From the NCBI GenBank assembly GCA_001949185.1, contig BDGG01000005.1, forward strand, positions 1,973,249 to 2,037,248: DNA of 64,000 bases. Direction: 5' to 3'. Below the pieces are notes generated by a model, which was not told the DNA's origin, did no database searches, and saw only the letters and a list, made by a program, of their open reading frames with translations. The DNA is from Ramazzottius varieornatus (Eukaryota > Animalia > Tardigrada). Made by a program: the position numbers and the translations under genes. The stretch's first letter is position 1. Every line of letters begins with the position of its first letter. Shown here piece after piece: positions 42,640 through 53,030 of this stretch.

Positions 42640-44077
42640 ATGAAAATCCAGGAGAAGCACCTGCTATTCATCAGCATTCCAGCCTATGGACATGCTATTC
42701 CTCTACTGGAACTAGCCCGCAAAATCAGCAAGTTTCATCAAGTCACTTTCGCCGTCTCAGCCAAGATGGCCGGGGATCTTCCCAAGCGTGAGCTATTCGA
42801 TGCGAAGGCGGACAACCGCATCAAGCTGTACCCGATCCCGGATGGCATTGTCGACGACATGGAAGACCCCAACGATTGCGCGCTATTCGAGCGAATCATG
42901 CCGATGATGGTTGGGGGTATCATGGAGTTCGTGGAAAAAATTCCCACCAGCAGCGCGCCATCTTTGGTGTCGGAAGTGAAAGAACTCACGAGACCGGTGG
43001 ACGGCATCGTAACGGATAACTTCGTTGGATTTGCTGCCGAGTCTTGTTCTCAACGTAATATCCCTCTTTACATCTTTAATAGTTCCCCTGCAGCCTTCAC
43101 CTGGATGATTCTGTCGGCACATTCCGCTCTGAAGACTATGCCGATGGCAGATGCGGACGGATTCTTGGAAATGCCTGATAAAGAAGGGAACTTCACGAAG
43201 CCGATACCCCATGAATTCCTCCACTACAACGTGTTGCCTATGCAGAAGGTTTTACCATCAGCCCGAGCCGTCATAGTCAACAGCGTCCATGAACTCGAAA
43301 ACGAAGTGATCAAGAGGTGTCAAAATAAGCCTGGTATGAAAGATGTCCCGTTCTTCTGTATCGGTCCCGTTTTGCTCGCACCAAAAGAAGGAAGTAACAC
43401 AAATGCGATGGTGGAGCAGAAAGTGTCAAAATGGTTGGACGAGAAGGACCGAGGATCGGTGGTCTACATTTCCTTCGGAACAGTCGTTGTCCTCACTCCG
43501 GCTCAAATGGGAGAAATCGTCAAGGCGATTAGGCAGTTAGGTCGGCCGGTCATATGGTCGCTCAAGGTTCGGAACCAGCCTGAATTGCCGGAGGACCTCA
43601 AAACCGCTACGAATTTGGACGACCCCAGCAGTAAGCTCCTAGTTTTGTCGTGGGCTCCACAGAAGAAGATCCTGTCACATCAGAATGTGGGAGTATTCGT
43701 TAGTCATTGCGGATGGAATAGTACTCTGGAAGGATTGGCTGGAGGAAAACCTATCGTAGGATGGCCGCAGTAAGTGTGACAAAATTTTAAAGATGTTGAA
43801 AGTATTTTCCAGTCGTTGGGTTTTGGGTAGATTTGCCGAGCAGTTGATGAACGCTGAGTTTGTTGCCGAGATCGGTGCCGGCGAAGTCATCCATGACGCG
43901 GGATCCAAAAACGCCAGAGTGGTTCCCGCTACGGAAATCGTCAATGTTATCAACCGAGTACAAAGGAAGATGTCTGATGGCGCTCGGGCTTTTCAGAAGA
44001 AACTGTACGCACTTATGCAGCCGGAAGGATCGAGCCAAGAGTTCGAGGAGCTGGTGGCTTACATTGGCAGAAGCTGA
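42640..44077 (+). CDS. UDP-glycosyltransferase 4 (GT1); single intron 43770-43830
   Basis: 377-aa first exon with PAYGHAIP and WAPQ...HCGWNSTLEG...GWPQ, then FAEQ exon. Confidence 0.93.
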
Positions 44078-44126
44078 ATGTGCTGCACTGGCGCACCATA
44101 CCGCTTACCATATCAAATAAGGTCTT

Positions 44127-44251
44127 AGGCAAACAAACTCGACAAGACAACTCGCGCGTTTGCCCAAGTAGCGCACACAACCAGCCGAAGACACTTAGAA
44201 CATGCGCCACTTGGCAAAACAATCTTGTCGAGTTTGTTTACTGAGCTCCCA
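44127..44251. repeat. Family P copy (downstream of UGT4)
   Basis: aaacaaactcgacaaga...ccaagtagcgcac-N25-atgcgccacttgg...tcttgtcgagtttgttt. Confidence 0.85.
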
Positions 44252-44573
44252 TACCACGTTTACGCACATATATATATTATATTGCGAAGAACCATAATAG
44301 TTTCGACTAGAAAGTTTATGTCACTGACGTCTTATATGATTGTCCTGTCCAAAATTTAATAATCGCTCGAAAAGAGCGACGATAAAATATAATAATAAAA
44401 TTCCTAACGAGTATGGTCCAACATCAAAAGCACGCTAAACAGAGATCGAGAGGATGCGAAAGAATTTAGCACAAGCTATGCGGAAGCCCTTGGAGCCGTC
44501 TCAACCAAGCAAAATAAAAATCCCACACCGCGAGCGTTAACTGAAGTCAGCCGGGTCGTCAAGAACCCCTCGC

Positions 44574-46332
44574 TTAGTCAGCCAGATGGGCGGGGCTTTC
44601 CTTTAAGTTGTAGAATATTCCTTGTTCCCCGAACAGGGCTCGGAACCTAAAAACGAATCAACACTCAGTGGTTGGATTAAACCGTTTATTTTGTTTGTGC
44701 CAACTTACAGTCCACGGATCGAAGACTCCTTCTTCCCACGACGTCCATAGAGTTTATCGTAGGGTTCCCGGTTGATCGGTCCCTGGACTGCAAGTTCTTC
44801 GTCCCAATCATCGCTTTCGGTACTGTCTAAATCGTTTCCGGTACCAGTGTCAACACCTGACCTGTAGATATGTATGAGCATTTGTGACTTTATAAAGGTA
44901 ACAATGGAAGATGTCATTAAAGCTTTGGAATACGTACCTTGGCTGACTGGAAGCTTTCCAGGCCTGTAGCTCGTCATACAGCTCCATCACTCTATTCTTC
45001 AGATGGTTCCTCTCGTTGAGGATGCCTCGGAGCTCACTGAGCGTGAAACGCGGTTTGTCTTCCTCGTTGGGCTGGTTTCCGGAACGGGAGTTCTCGCTCT
45101 TGTGAATCGGAGATCGCTTCTCCATGGATGGAGATGGTGAAGGCGATACTTCGGTACCTGAACGGGACTCTTTCGTGTTTTTCAACTCATTCTCTAGCGA
45201 TATCGATTTGAGTACGGACTCGCGCAGCTGAAGTATCACATTGTTTTTCTCTTCCATTATCCTCTTCGCTTGCTTTTGTAAATTCTTGTTTTGCTTCTTC
45301 AGGTCTTCGGTCAAGTCCGCTTGTTTCTGACTGGCCGCTTCCGCCTACGATTTATCTTTTGAGAGCATTCTAAATATATTATTCGTTCTGCAGCATGTCA
45401 GTCCATTAAGCCCAGCACGAAGCGTACTACATCGCTTTCTCAAGTGGCGCATGCCCCAACCATTAACAACGGAACCGTGCACCACTTGAAGACAGCCATG
45501 TTGTGCGTTTCATCTGCCGGCTTTCCGCTTCATTAAAACTTTCATGATGGATTGATTGTTTTTCTTACCTGCACCAGTTGCTTTTGGAGCCTTTCCAGCT
45601 CGCGGTTCTTGCTTCGGGCTTCTTCTTTGGTTTTGCTCACTTGCTCCGAGAGAGCCTTCAAGGTACCGAAGTCCTCTTCGTACTCTTGTCCAGCGCTGCT
45701 TTCCATATTAGCCAGACTTGCCGTGCTGGGTATGGAGACCATCGAGACGTTCCGGCCAATATTCCTCCGTAGTTTCTCATTTTCAGCAATTAGCGTTGAC
45801 ATTGCTTTGTTGAGCTCCTCTACCTCCAAATGCCACTCCATTTGCATTTGCTCTAGTTCCTACGGAGAAAGCATTCTTTAGACATAGAGCCGCCAGTTCA
45901 TATCCTTGCCCCCAGAATGGTCTTTAGCAGTCAAATTACAACACAAATCAGAACTTTCGCCGCGCCGGAAGCGACTTACTTTGAGACGCAGACCTCCTGG
46001 GTACAATGAATTGTCCCCGGACGAGTTCTTAGAGAATTACACGCATTGTCGTGCCTTTCAACAGCTCAAACTAACTGCGGTTCAACGTGGTCGCTGAGTC
46101 CCAATTCTGAATGATCCCTCTTTCAACCAACCGCCAGCGGCAGGAAAAAGGAGCAACGAAAGCAAGGAAAGACTACTGTAGACAGAACAAGCTCGCTCTT
46201 CATACTTTAGACAGAACAAGCTCGCTCTTCATACTCTAGACAGAACAAGCTCGCCGCTCCATTAATTCACAGGCACTGGGTAAATCCCGCGTTCCTCCGG
46301 GGAGCCATGTTAAATGACATTTCGCTGAGTGC

Positions 46333-46368
<36 letters not shown>

Positions 46369-46787
46369 TGTTACAGTCAAAAAACGGGGACGCGGAAGTA
46401 TTCCACGATCGGCGATCGATCGCGACCGCGGCTTGGTCTGCGTGACGTATTGTATTACTGTAATGTTATCCTGGATATATTTCGCAATATAGTATTCCAT
46501 TATTAACTTACCGCTTCATGTTGAGCTCTTGCTTTTGCTCTTTCCTGTCTCAGTACCTCGGCTTGCTCAGCTGCGCTCTGAAGTTCTTCTTGATTGCCGA
46601 CATCTTTGTCGTACCGTCCCACGTTGCGTTCCAGCTGTTCCAGCACCAGACATATCTTGGGCACAAGTTTCTCGACGCTTACATTGTTCGGCAGCTGTTC
46701 CGAGATGTGCTCCAACAACGTGCCGATTTCGCTGGCGGCTTCGTAGACGTCCACAACATTGGTGAAAGAAAATCGTCTGTTGGCCAT
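44574..46787 (-). CDS. RILPL1: RILP-like protein (RH1 and RH2 domains); spliced
   Basis: RH1: VVDVYEAASEIGTLLEHI...KLVPKICLVLEQLE; RH2: KPRFTLSELRGILNERNHLKNRVMELYDELQAWK; VQGPINREPYDKL; IRGLFRALF. Confidence 0.88.
45428..45510. repeat. Family P copy (RILPL intron)
   Basis: TCAAGTGGCGCAT...GTGCACCACTTGA. Confidence 0.75.
46179..46254. repeat. 29-bp tandem repeat x2.6 (intronic)
   Basis: tagacagaacaagctcgctcttcatact(t/c) repeated. Confidence 0.85.
46338..46362. repeat. (TG)n microsatellite
   Basis: tgtgtgtg run. Confidence 0.9.
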
Positions 46788-47714
46788 TTCACCATGAAAC
46801 CATAATTAAATATCGCAGCAAAAATTCCTCAATACGAAGATGTAGTGATGACAAAGTTACCCAACCAAAGTCAACAAAAGAACGGTTAGATACACTTGAG
46901 CAATTGTGAATAGGGGTGCAGTACGCTGATCGTTGCTGTTCGAGCAGATTTAGACTCAATGAAAATTCAATAAAATCCACGTGGCACCGATGGAAGACGC
47001 GTTACGGGTGATGATGCGTCTGTGATGTTTCTTGTTGAAAGACTTGTTAGAGCATCCATGAAGCCGGTACTTAGAGTTGAATCAGCAACGTTGTACAATG
47101 GCTCCGGCGAATAACAACTGGGAATTCAGCAGCCAAGTCAGGTTTCAGTGCCGCCGCGAGATTCATCCTGGAATGTAGACAACCTTTCTCCACCAAGACG
47201 TGTGATATTAGTTTCCATTAGGCAAAAGCGCAGTGCACTGCGCACCTTCTCGCTCTTTCCGACCAGAAAAAAATTATCGTCAAGGCTGATCAGAGCCTAC
47301 GGAAATTAGTCTCTAAGATTGACCAGGATCAGCTGACGCTGTAGACAGTGAAGAACACGGACAGAAACGTGTTCTTGCCTTTGTAAGTTTTATCGACCGA
47401 AAACGTAAAAGCCAGCGCAAGCCCGATAGATTATTTTATTAAAGTGTTTCCCTTCCGGCAGTACACGGGTATCCTTTTAATTGTATTGTTTACTGTCAAG
47501 CGGTGAAAGTGGTGGCGTCTGGCGCTCTTGGCTATTTCGAGTGTGAAGAAGGCGGAAGTCTTTTGTGCAGTTGAAAGAACGCCTTTCCATGACGACAAAA
47601 CAGAGCCCAAATCTGCCCTGAAAACAACCTGTTGACGTCTGACCTTTCAGAGTTAGCATCCCTCATCCATCGTCCAGAGACTCTTATCGAACGACACATT
47701 ATCGAATATTTCTG

Positions 47715-48134
47715 ATGGCAGAACAACCATTTCCGGAGTCTTCGAGAAACGAGCCGTCGGTGCGCGAAGCAGGTTCGGATTCTTATGCGTCTCGTGTTAC
47801 CTCGAAGATTGTATTTCCTGAGGACTTTGAATTGGTCAAGAATCCATATGCTTCACCGATGGACGAAGACGGCGATCCTTTTGATGATTTCCTGTCATCG
47901 AGCGGCGATCATGGCTATCCACAGGCGATGGAACTTCAGTCGATGGGTCCTCAGGCTAAAACCACAGACGGATTGAGCGAGACAGACAATCCGAGCTCAA
48001 GTGAAGTTTTGAGCCACAGTGAGAAGATTCTAGCTAGGGTACGAACGATGTACGAGCAAGGTATCCTGGGAAAGTGTAACCGGAAGAGCTCGAGCACACC
48101 GTCGAGACCCAATACCGGTCGCTCAGCCCGCTGA
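47715..48134 (+). CDS. Orphan 139-aa protein, copy 2 (identical to 12648-13067)
   Basis: Identical translation. Confidence 0.5.
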   Translation: MAEQPFPESSRNEPSVREAGSDSYASRVTSKIVFPEDFELVKNPYASPMDEDGDPFDDFLSSSGDHGYPQAMELQSMGPQAKTTDGLSETDNPSSSEVLSHSEKILARVRTMYEQGILGKCNRKSSSTPSRPNTGRSAR

Positions 48135-48446
48135 GTTAGATAACTCCCAGCTACTCGTTTCTGTTTGTTCTTTCATTCTTCAATTATTTGTCGGTACTGT
48201 CAGTACTGTCATGACTATCATATTATCCGGGTACTTAGACCCTCGTCCAAATGAAACTGTAGTTACGCATTGAATATATTCCAGGAAAATAAGTTTGTGG
48301 TGCTTCCCATGCGACTCTTTTGACGACCAGTATCCCCTTCCCTGTGTTATACTAGGCAGACATCCTTGAAAGAAAAGAATGAGAAAGCTCGGCTTAGTGT
48401 GAGCAGTATTGATAATACCGTTAGTTTGAAAAAGTCATGCACAATT

Positions 48447-48908
48447 TTACTGGTTGTGCCGAGATCCTTGCTGTATACGCTTCGTTTCTTCCTGCAGCTG
48501 TTGATACTGCTCGGCCTTGGATGGATGGTATGTCTCGCCCTGCAGAATAAAGTGAAACCTCGGTGCAGCATTTCCTAGAAAGAAAACCAGGAGTGGAAGG
48601 AATACTTACGACTTCGAACCACTGCAAAGCTTGGTCGTACTGCTTCTGCATGACCAAGAACTCCCCGTACACTCGGCAGATGTCAGCACTGTAAGCGTCA
48701 ATGTCAGCTGCCTGCTCGAAGTACTCTTGAGCTTTCTGGCGGTTCCCTGTGGCGAAGTAAGTCTTGGCCAGGTTGATGAAGGCAGCTTGGTACATCGGAT
48801 CTATCATCACGGCTTCTTCCAACATCCACAGAGCACGATTGTAGTCACCACCAGCACCGTAGAGTTCACCAAGTCGGTTGAGAAACTCTGTGTTCGTCGG
48901 GAGCTCCT
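48447..48908 (-). pseudogene. Duplicated 3' (TPR) fragment of the JmjC-TPR gene
   Basis: Same sequence as 11874-12335; joined out of frame to the Hsp90 fragment. Confidence 0.8.
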
Positions 48909-49525
48909 ATGCTTGCTGCGAACTACGACGCGATCAGCCACCAAGTACGCCGCGTAGAAGCCGACACCGAAGTGCCCGATCATACTGACGTCAGCACCAG
49001 CTTGCACAGCTTCTACTGTATGAAGGACCTAGTACCGGTCGTACCTGAAACCAGAAATTTTGTCCATTCCAAACGGTACATTCCAGAAGACATCCTTCGG
49101 TTTTATGGCCAAGTTTTCTTCGTTATTTGACAGTACCTAAGATATCGGCGAGATCGGCCTTGTTCATGCCGATGCCAGTGTCGCGGATCGTCAGGATTCG
49201 TGCTTTCTTGTTCGGCGTAATCTTGATGTAGAGGTTCTTGGCGCTTTCCAGCTGCCTGGGATCGACGAGGGAGAGGCATCGCACCTTGTCCAAGGCCTCG
49301 CTGGCGTTACTGATCAATTCTCAAAGGAAGATCTCCTTGTTGTTGTAGAAGTTGTTGATGATCAAGCTCATCAGCTACAACGGGAGCACAAACATGGTTA
49401 TCTGTCGATCGGGACTTCCGGGAACAAAGCCATTCTGAAAATCGAAATGTTATTCTTACCTGGGAGGTCTCCGGTTGAAACGCAAAGGTTTCAGCCTGTC
49501 CTTCGTTCTGGTTCTGACTGGCCAT
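48909..49525 (-). pseudogene. HSP90: Truncated cytosolic Hsp90 pseudogene (N-terminal ATPase part only, two introns)
   Basis: AETFAFQ..SQ|[29 protein letters not shown]...[15 protein letters not shown]...[26 protein letters not shown]; in-frame TGA at 49321-49323, deletion/frameshift in the GTIAKSGT region, broken at SKH. Confidence 0.9.
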
Positions 49526-49679
49526 ACTCGAACCTTGCCACGCTGACGGTTCCGCAATGGAGGAATTCTAAAACGAACACGTAAATAGAGCAAAAGCTGC
49601 AACCGACAAAGCTGGAGCACAGGCGAACAGCAAGTTGTCCAACTCGAAACTAGATCCTGAGCCACCGAAACCGAAGAAA

Positions 49680-49692
49680 GAAGCTTCTAGGA
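49680..49692. promoter_or_regulatory. Heat-shock-element-like motif upstream of the Hsp90 fragment
   Basis: GAAgcTTCtaGGA (nGAAn inverted array, third unit imperfect). Confidence 0.5.
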
Positions 49693-50113
49693 TGTGGATG
49701 ACCTAGAGAACTGTTCATTACAATAAATAAGTGGAGAAGTAGGTCTGCTCTAGACAGTTCGACAGACTGACCATTGGTCGATCACTGGCGCCATCCGCGA
49801 GACGCTTTATATTTGTCATATCGAGACTTTTGAACTCCAATGTAAAGTGGCAACAGTTCATTTCATTTCATGGCTTCCTCTTTTTGAAACTTATCCATTC
49901 CTGACAAATCTGAAGAAAAACACCTTCGAGATCAGTTTGAAAGGGTTACATACAAACATACAAAAAAGCCACTGTGAAAATCAGAGTAACGAGCAAAGTC
50001 AAGTTACAGGAGCATCCCAAGTTTTGACCGTATAAAGGTATCATACTTTCCTCAAAGCTGAAAAGTAGCAAACAGACAGGAAACTATATCCACATGTCAC
50101 AGCTCTAAGTATA

Positions 50114-52143
50114 TCAGTTACCCAGCCAGGGGAAGTTCGCAAGCGAATCTCGATCACGGTCTCCGTAGTCGTACACCAGTTCTTCTCCTGCTTGGATGTC
50201 CTTCTTGGCACGTAGAATCAAGTGTGGCTTGATCCTTCCGCGAACTGAGATGTCCAAAACATGAGGCAGCAGGTTGAAGTCTTTCAGGCTGTGGTTCAGG
50301 AGACGACCGTAACGCCCAGTTTCAGCCGTTGCATCCACGCTGAAAGAAACACCCGTTTTGTACTTCGTCATTCATTTCGCAGGTTTAATTTCAATAACCT
50401 ACCACCATCGTGTTCCACGACGATCCCGGAAGTAGTACATATAGCAGCCAATCTGCGAGCTTTCGGCGTATTCCGCTTCCCGTCGTCTTGCTTCCGGTAT
50501 GTCCACCAGGTCGCCAGCATATTCGACCACGAACTCACCCTTCTGAAAAGGTTCTTTAGCTATCAGACCGCGCCCTTTCTCCGGAAAATCGACCACCTGG
50601 AACAGATGAAAACAAAATTCTAAAGCGGCGCACATTTTCATCTAATAGGCCCGACTACATACGCCACTTTGAGGCAACAAACTCGACAAGATTGTCTTCT
50701 CAAAGTCGCGCCGGTTTGCAGTGTCATTAACTGGAAACGTGCGCCACTGGAAGAACGATCTTTTTGTAAGTTTATTCGCCTATGAGTAAGTCTCAATTCA
50801 CTTTACGGACTTCGTCCGGAAGGCAACTTACTTCGATTCTTGGGTCTTCTTGGCCGTTGAGGATCATCTCAATCATCAACTCCTGCTCTTGTTTCTTCTT
50901 CAGTTCAGCTACCTCCTTCTCCATGTTCCTAGAACTTCTGCGTACGGGGACAACCAACCGTGTCTGAACAGAAGTTTTCCCCGTGGATTTTGGAAGAATT
51001 TTGGGAGGAGCCTTGAGAACTCGGCCGATTGCAGCTGGTGGTATGGCAGTGGTCTTCGATGCGATTTCTGTGACAACGGAATACACTGTAAGGAAGTCGT
51101 AATAATTCCCTCCCATTGGACAAAAATATCTCGAAAATCCAAAAATCACTCGGGAGGGCTCGGCCGAAGATTACTCGGAAAGGCTATTTCAGTTTGGTTG
51201 AAAACGTGGCCAACCTGCCCAGACCGAGGCTCCGGCTTTGCCTTTCCCATAATCAACACTTCGAAAAGAAGCAAAGTAATGACACGAAAAGTGAGATGGC
51301 TTCGTTCAAGCCAGACAAATCGGCTTTGCACCAGGAATAAAGAGGAATAAAGAAGCTTTTATTACGTGCGGATTGTACTAGAAGACGCCGCGAGAAGGAA
51401 CTGACAATGCAGTCATAAAAGAGTCGGTTATTAGGGAGGCTAACCGAGATTCGATGTTCTCTCTTCCTTCTTCTCACACTTCAACCCAAACGTTTACCTG
51501 CTGGTTTCTTGCCTTTGGAAGGCTGCTTTGCTTTCACAGCGGGAACGACGGCTGGAGCCTTTGGTTCCTTCGTGACTTCCCGTTCAGAAGAATATCCCGA
51601 ACTCCGAGGTTCATCTTCTGCGCCATCAGTCAGATCTACAACATCCACGGACTTGCTTTTGATAGGTCGGTTGATCCTTCTTTGTTGAGAATTCGACAAT
51701 CCAGCTCTTTTCTGCTGAAAAAGCAAGGTAATAAACAGATGAAATTTAATACAGGAAAAACTTTTAACAAGAAATTGACATACCGATGCAGAGTTGCTGA
51801 TCTGGTCGTTATCCGAAGAGACACTCGATGTCGACGGCTCTACTTTTGATAGGTCTACTAGACTTACAAGTGTGACTACCGTGGCTTTAGTATTCTCCGT
51901 CCTGGCAGGAACTGCTTTCATGCGCGTAGATACCGAACCATTCTTGACCGAGATTATGAGTTTCTTTGGACTTAGAGGTGCTGTAGCGCTATGCGAGCCG
52001 ACGACCGGGCCTTGAGCAGTATCCTGCTCGGCTCTCACTGCTTTGGACGAGTCGCTGTTCGTAGCTGGCGGCCTTTCCGTATCAGCTACGGGATCGAGGG
52101 TTGACTCTTCGCTGACAGGACGACTGCGGCTCTTTTTCGCCAT
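50114..52143 (-). CDS. KMT5A: Histone H4K20 monomethyltransferase SET8/PR-Set7; spliced
   Basis: PVRRSSR, KGRGLIAKEPFQKGEFVVEYAGDL, GCYMYYF, VDATAETGRYGRLLNHS, GEELVYDYGDR, FPWL. Confidence 0.92.
50674..50781. repeat. Family P copy (SET8 intron)
   Basis: aaactcgacaagattgtcttctcaaagtcgcgc...gtgcgccactggaagaacgatctt. Confidence 0.8.
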
Positions 52144-52598
52144 GCTACCGACCAAATTCGCAGTCCTGTAAGGACACACTCAAGACAAATTACAAACGGA
52201 GTACTTTCGGGGCTTCGTCTGTAACTTTCATATAAGGGAGTCTACTTACTGGTAGTCTGGGCTCTGAATGACTTGAGACCGCTTCAACGGCTTCTACACT
52301 AGCAGACGTCTCGTCTGAAGTACAGCTCTCCTTCAACGTGATCCGGTTAGTCCACCTGATTTCCGGAGGTCACAACGAAGGATTCCTCTGTCGATGTCGA
52401 GCGCCAGAATGGCAGAAAAATGGATGGCAGAAAACAACAACAAAACGGTAAAAAAGCTCAGAATCACTTTTGCTGAGTTTGCGATAACGCTGTATAAGGG
52501 TGTGGATGCTTGATTGATGTTCGCTTGATCTATCTCTCTGACTCGATTGTACAAGCGGTAATATATTCTAACGGCAAACTTTTCGCTCTGTTCAAGCA

Positions 52599-52670
52599 GG
52601 AGCGCTGGCGCAATGGTAGCGCGTACGACTCCAGATCGTAAGGTTAAGGGTTCAAATCCCTTGCGTTCCC
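52599..52670 (+). tRNA. tRNA-Trp: tRNA with CCA (Trp) anticodon and atypical acceptor/T stems
   Basis: GGAGCGC TG GCGC AATGGTA GCGC G TACGA CTCCAGA TCGTA AGGTT AAGGG TTCAAAT CCCTT GCGTTCC C, followed by TTTTT; all four stems pair. Confidence 0.88.
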
Positions 52671-53030
52671 CTTTTTGTTTTGCAGGTATTGCATCAAGAA
52701 CCAGAAACGTCGACTTCACGAAGATTTTTCGTCCATTCAACCTCCTAGGAAGCCAGGAGCACTAACAACAGTTGTAACGAACGCAATCATCTTCTGAGGA
52801 AGACTCTCGGATTTTTGCTTTCCGATACAACACAAGGACGTTAATGTAAATAGGTCTACTGTACATGTCCACGCTTTGGAGAGCTCAAAACTTTGATATA
52901 GGTCGAAAAGACGGAAGTATTCCGAGGGGTCTTCATTACCGCATCAAAAACATAGAAAACCATGGACAAACCTTTAGCCATGGGCAAGCAGATTAGAACA
53001 CAAGGTAAGAAAAACGGAATGCGTAATTTA

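Larger units (their letters stand above)
47395..48908. repeat. Inverted segmental duplicate of 11874-13349 plus 14061-14100
   Basis: ORF-track translations are identical in opposite orientation; homology read directly at both ends. Confidence 0.95.

Noticed and set aside
46179-46254. 29-bp repeats as a CRISPR array
   Set aside because: Head-to-tail with no spacers; eukaryotic intron
14100-47395. Staggered-break inversion as the origin of the inverted duplicates
   Set aside because: The model predicts the rest of Hsp90 (NDDEQY..WES) next to 14100; I do not see it, and the inner ends of the duplicates are diverged rather than identical
48807-49007. In-frame Hsp90-TPR fusion protein
   Set aside because: The junction shifts frame (RSSRRTQ...*) and Hsp90 already has an upstream stop
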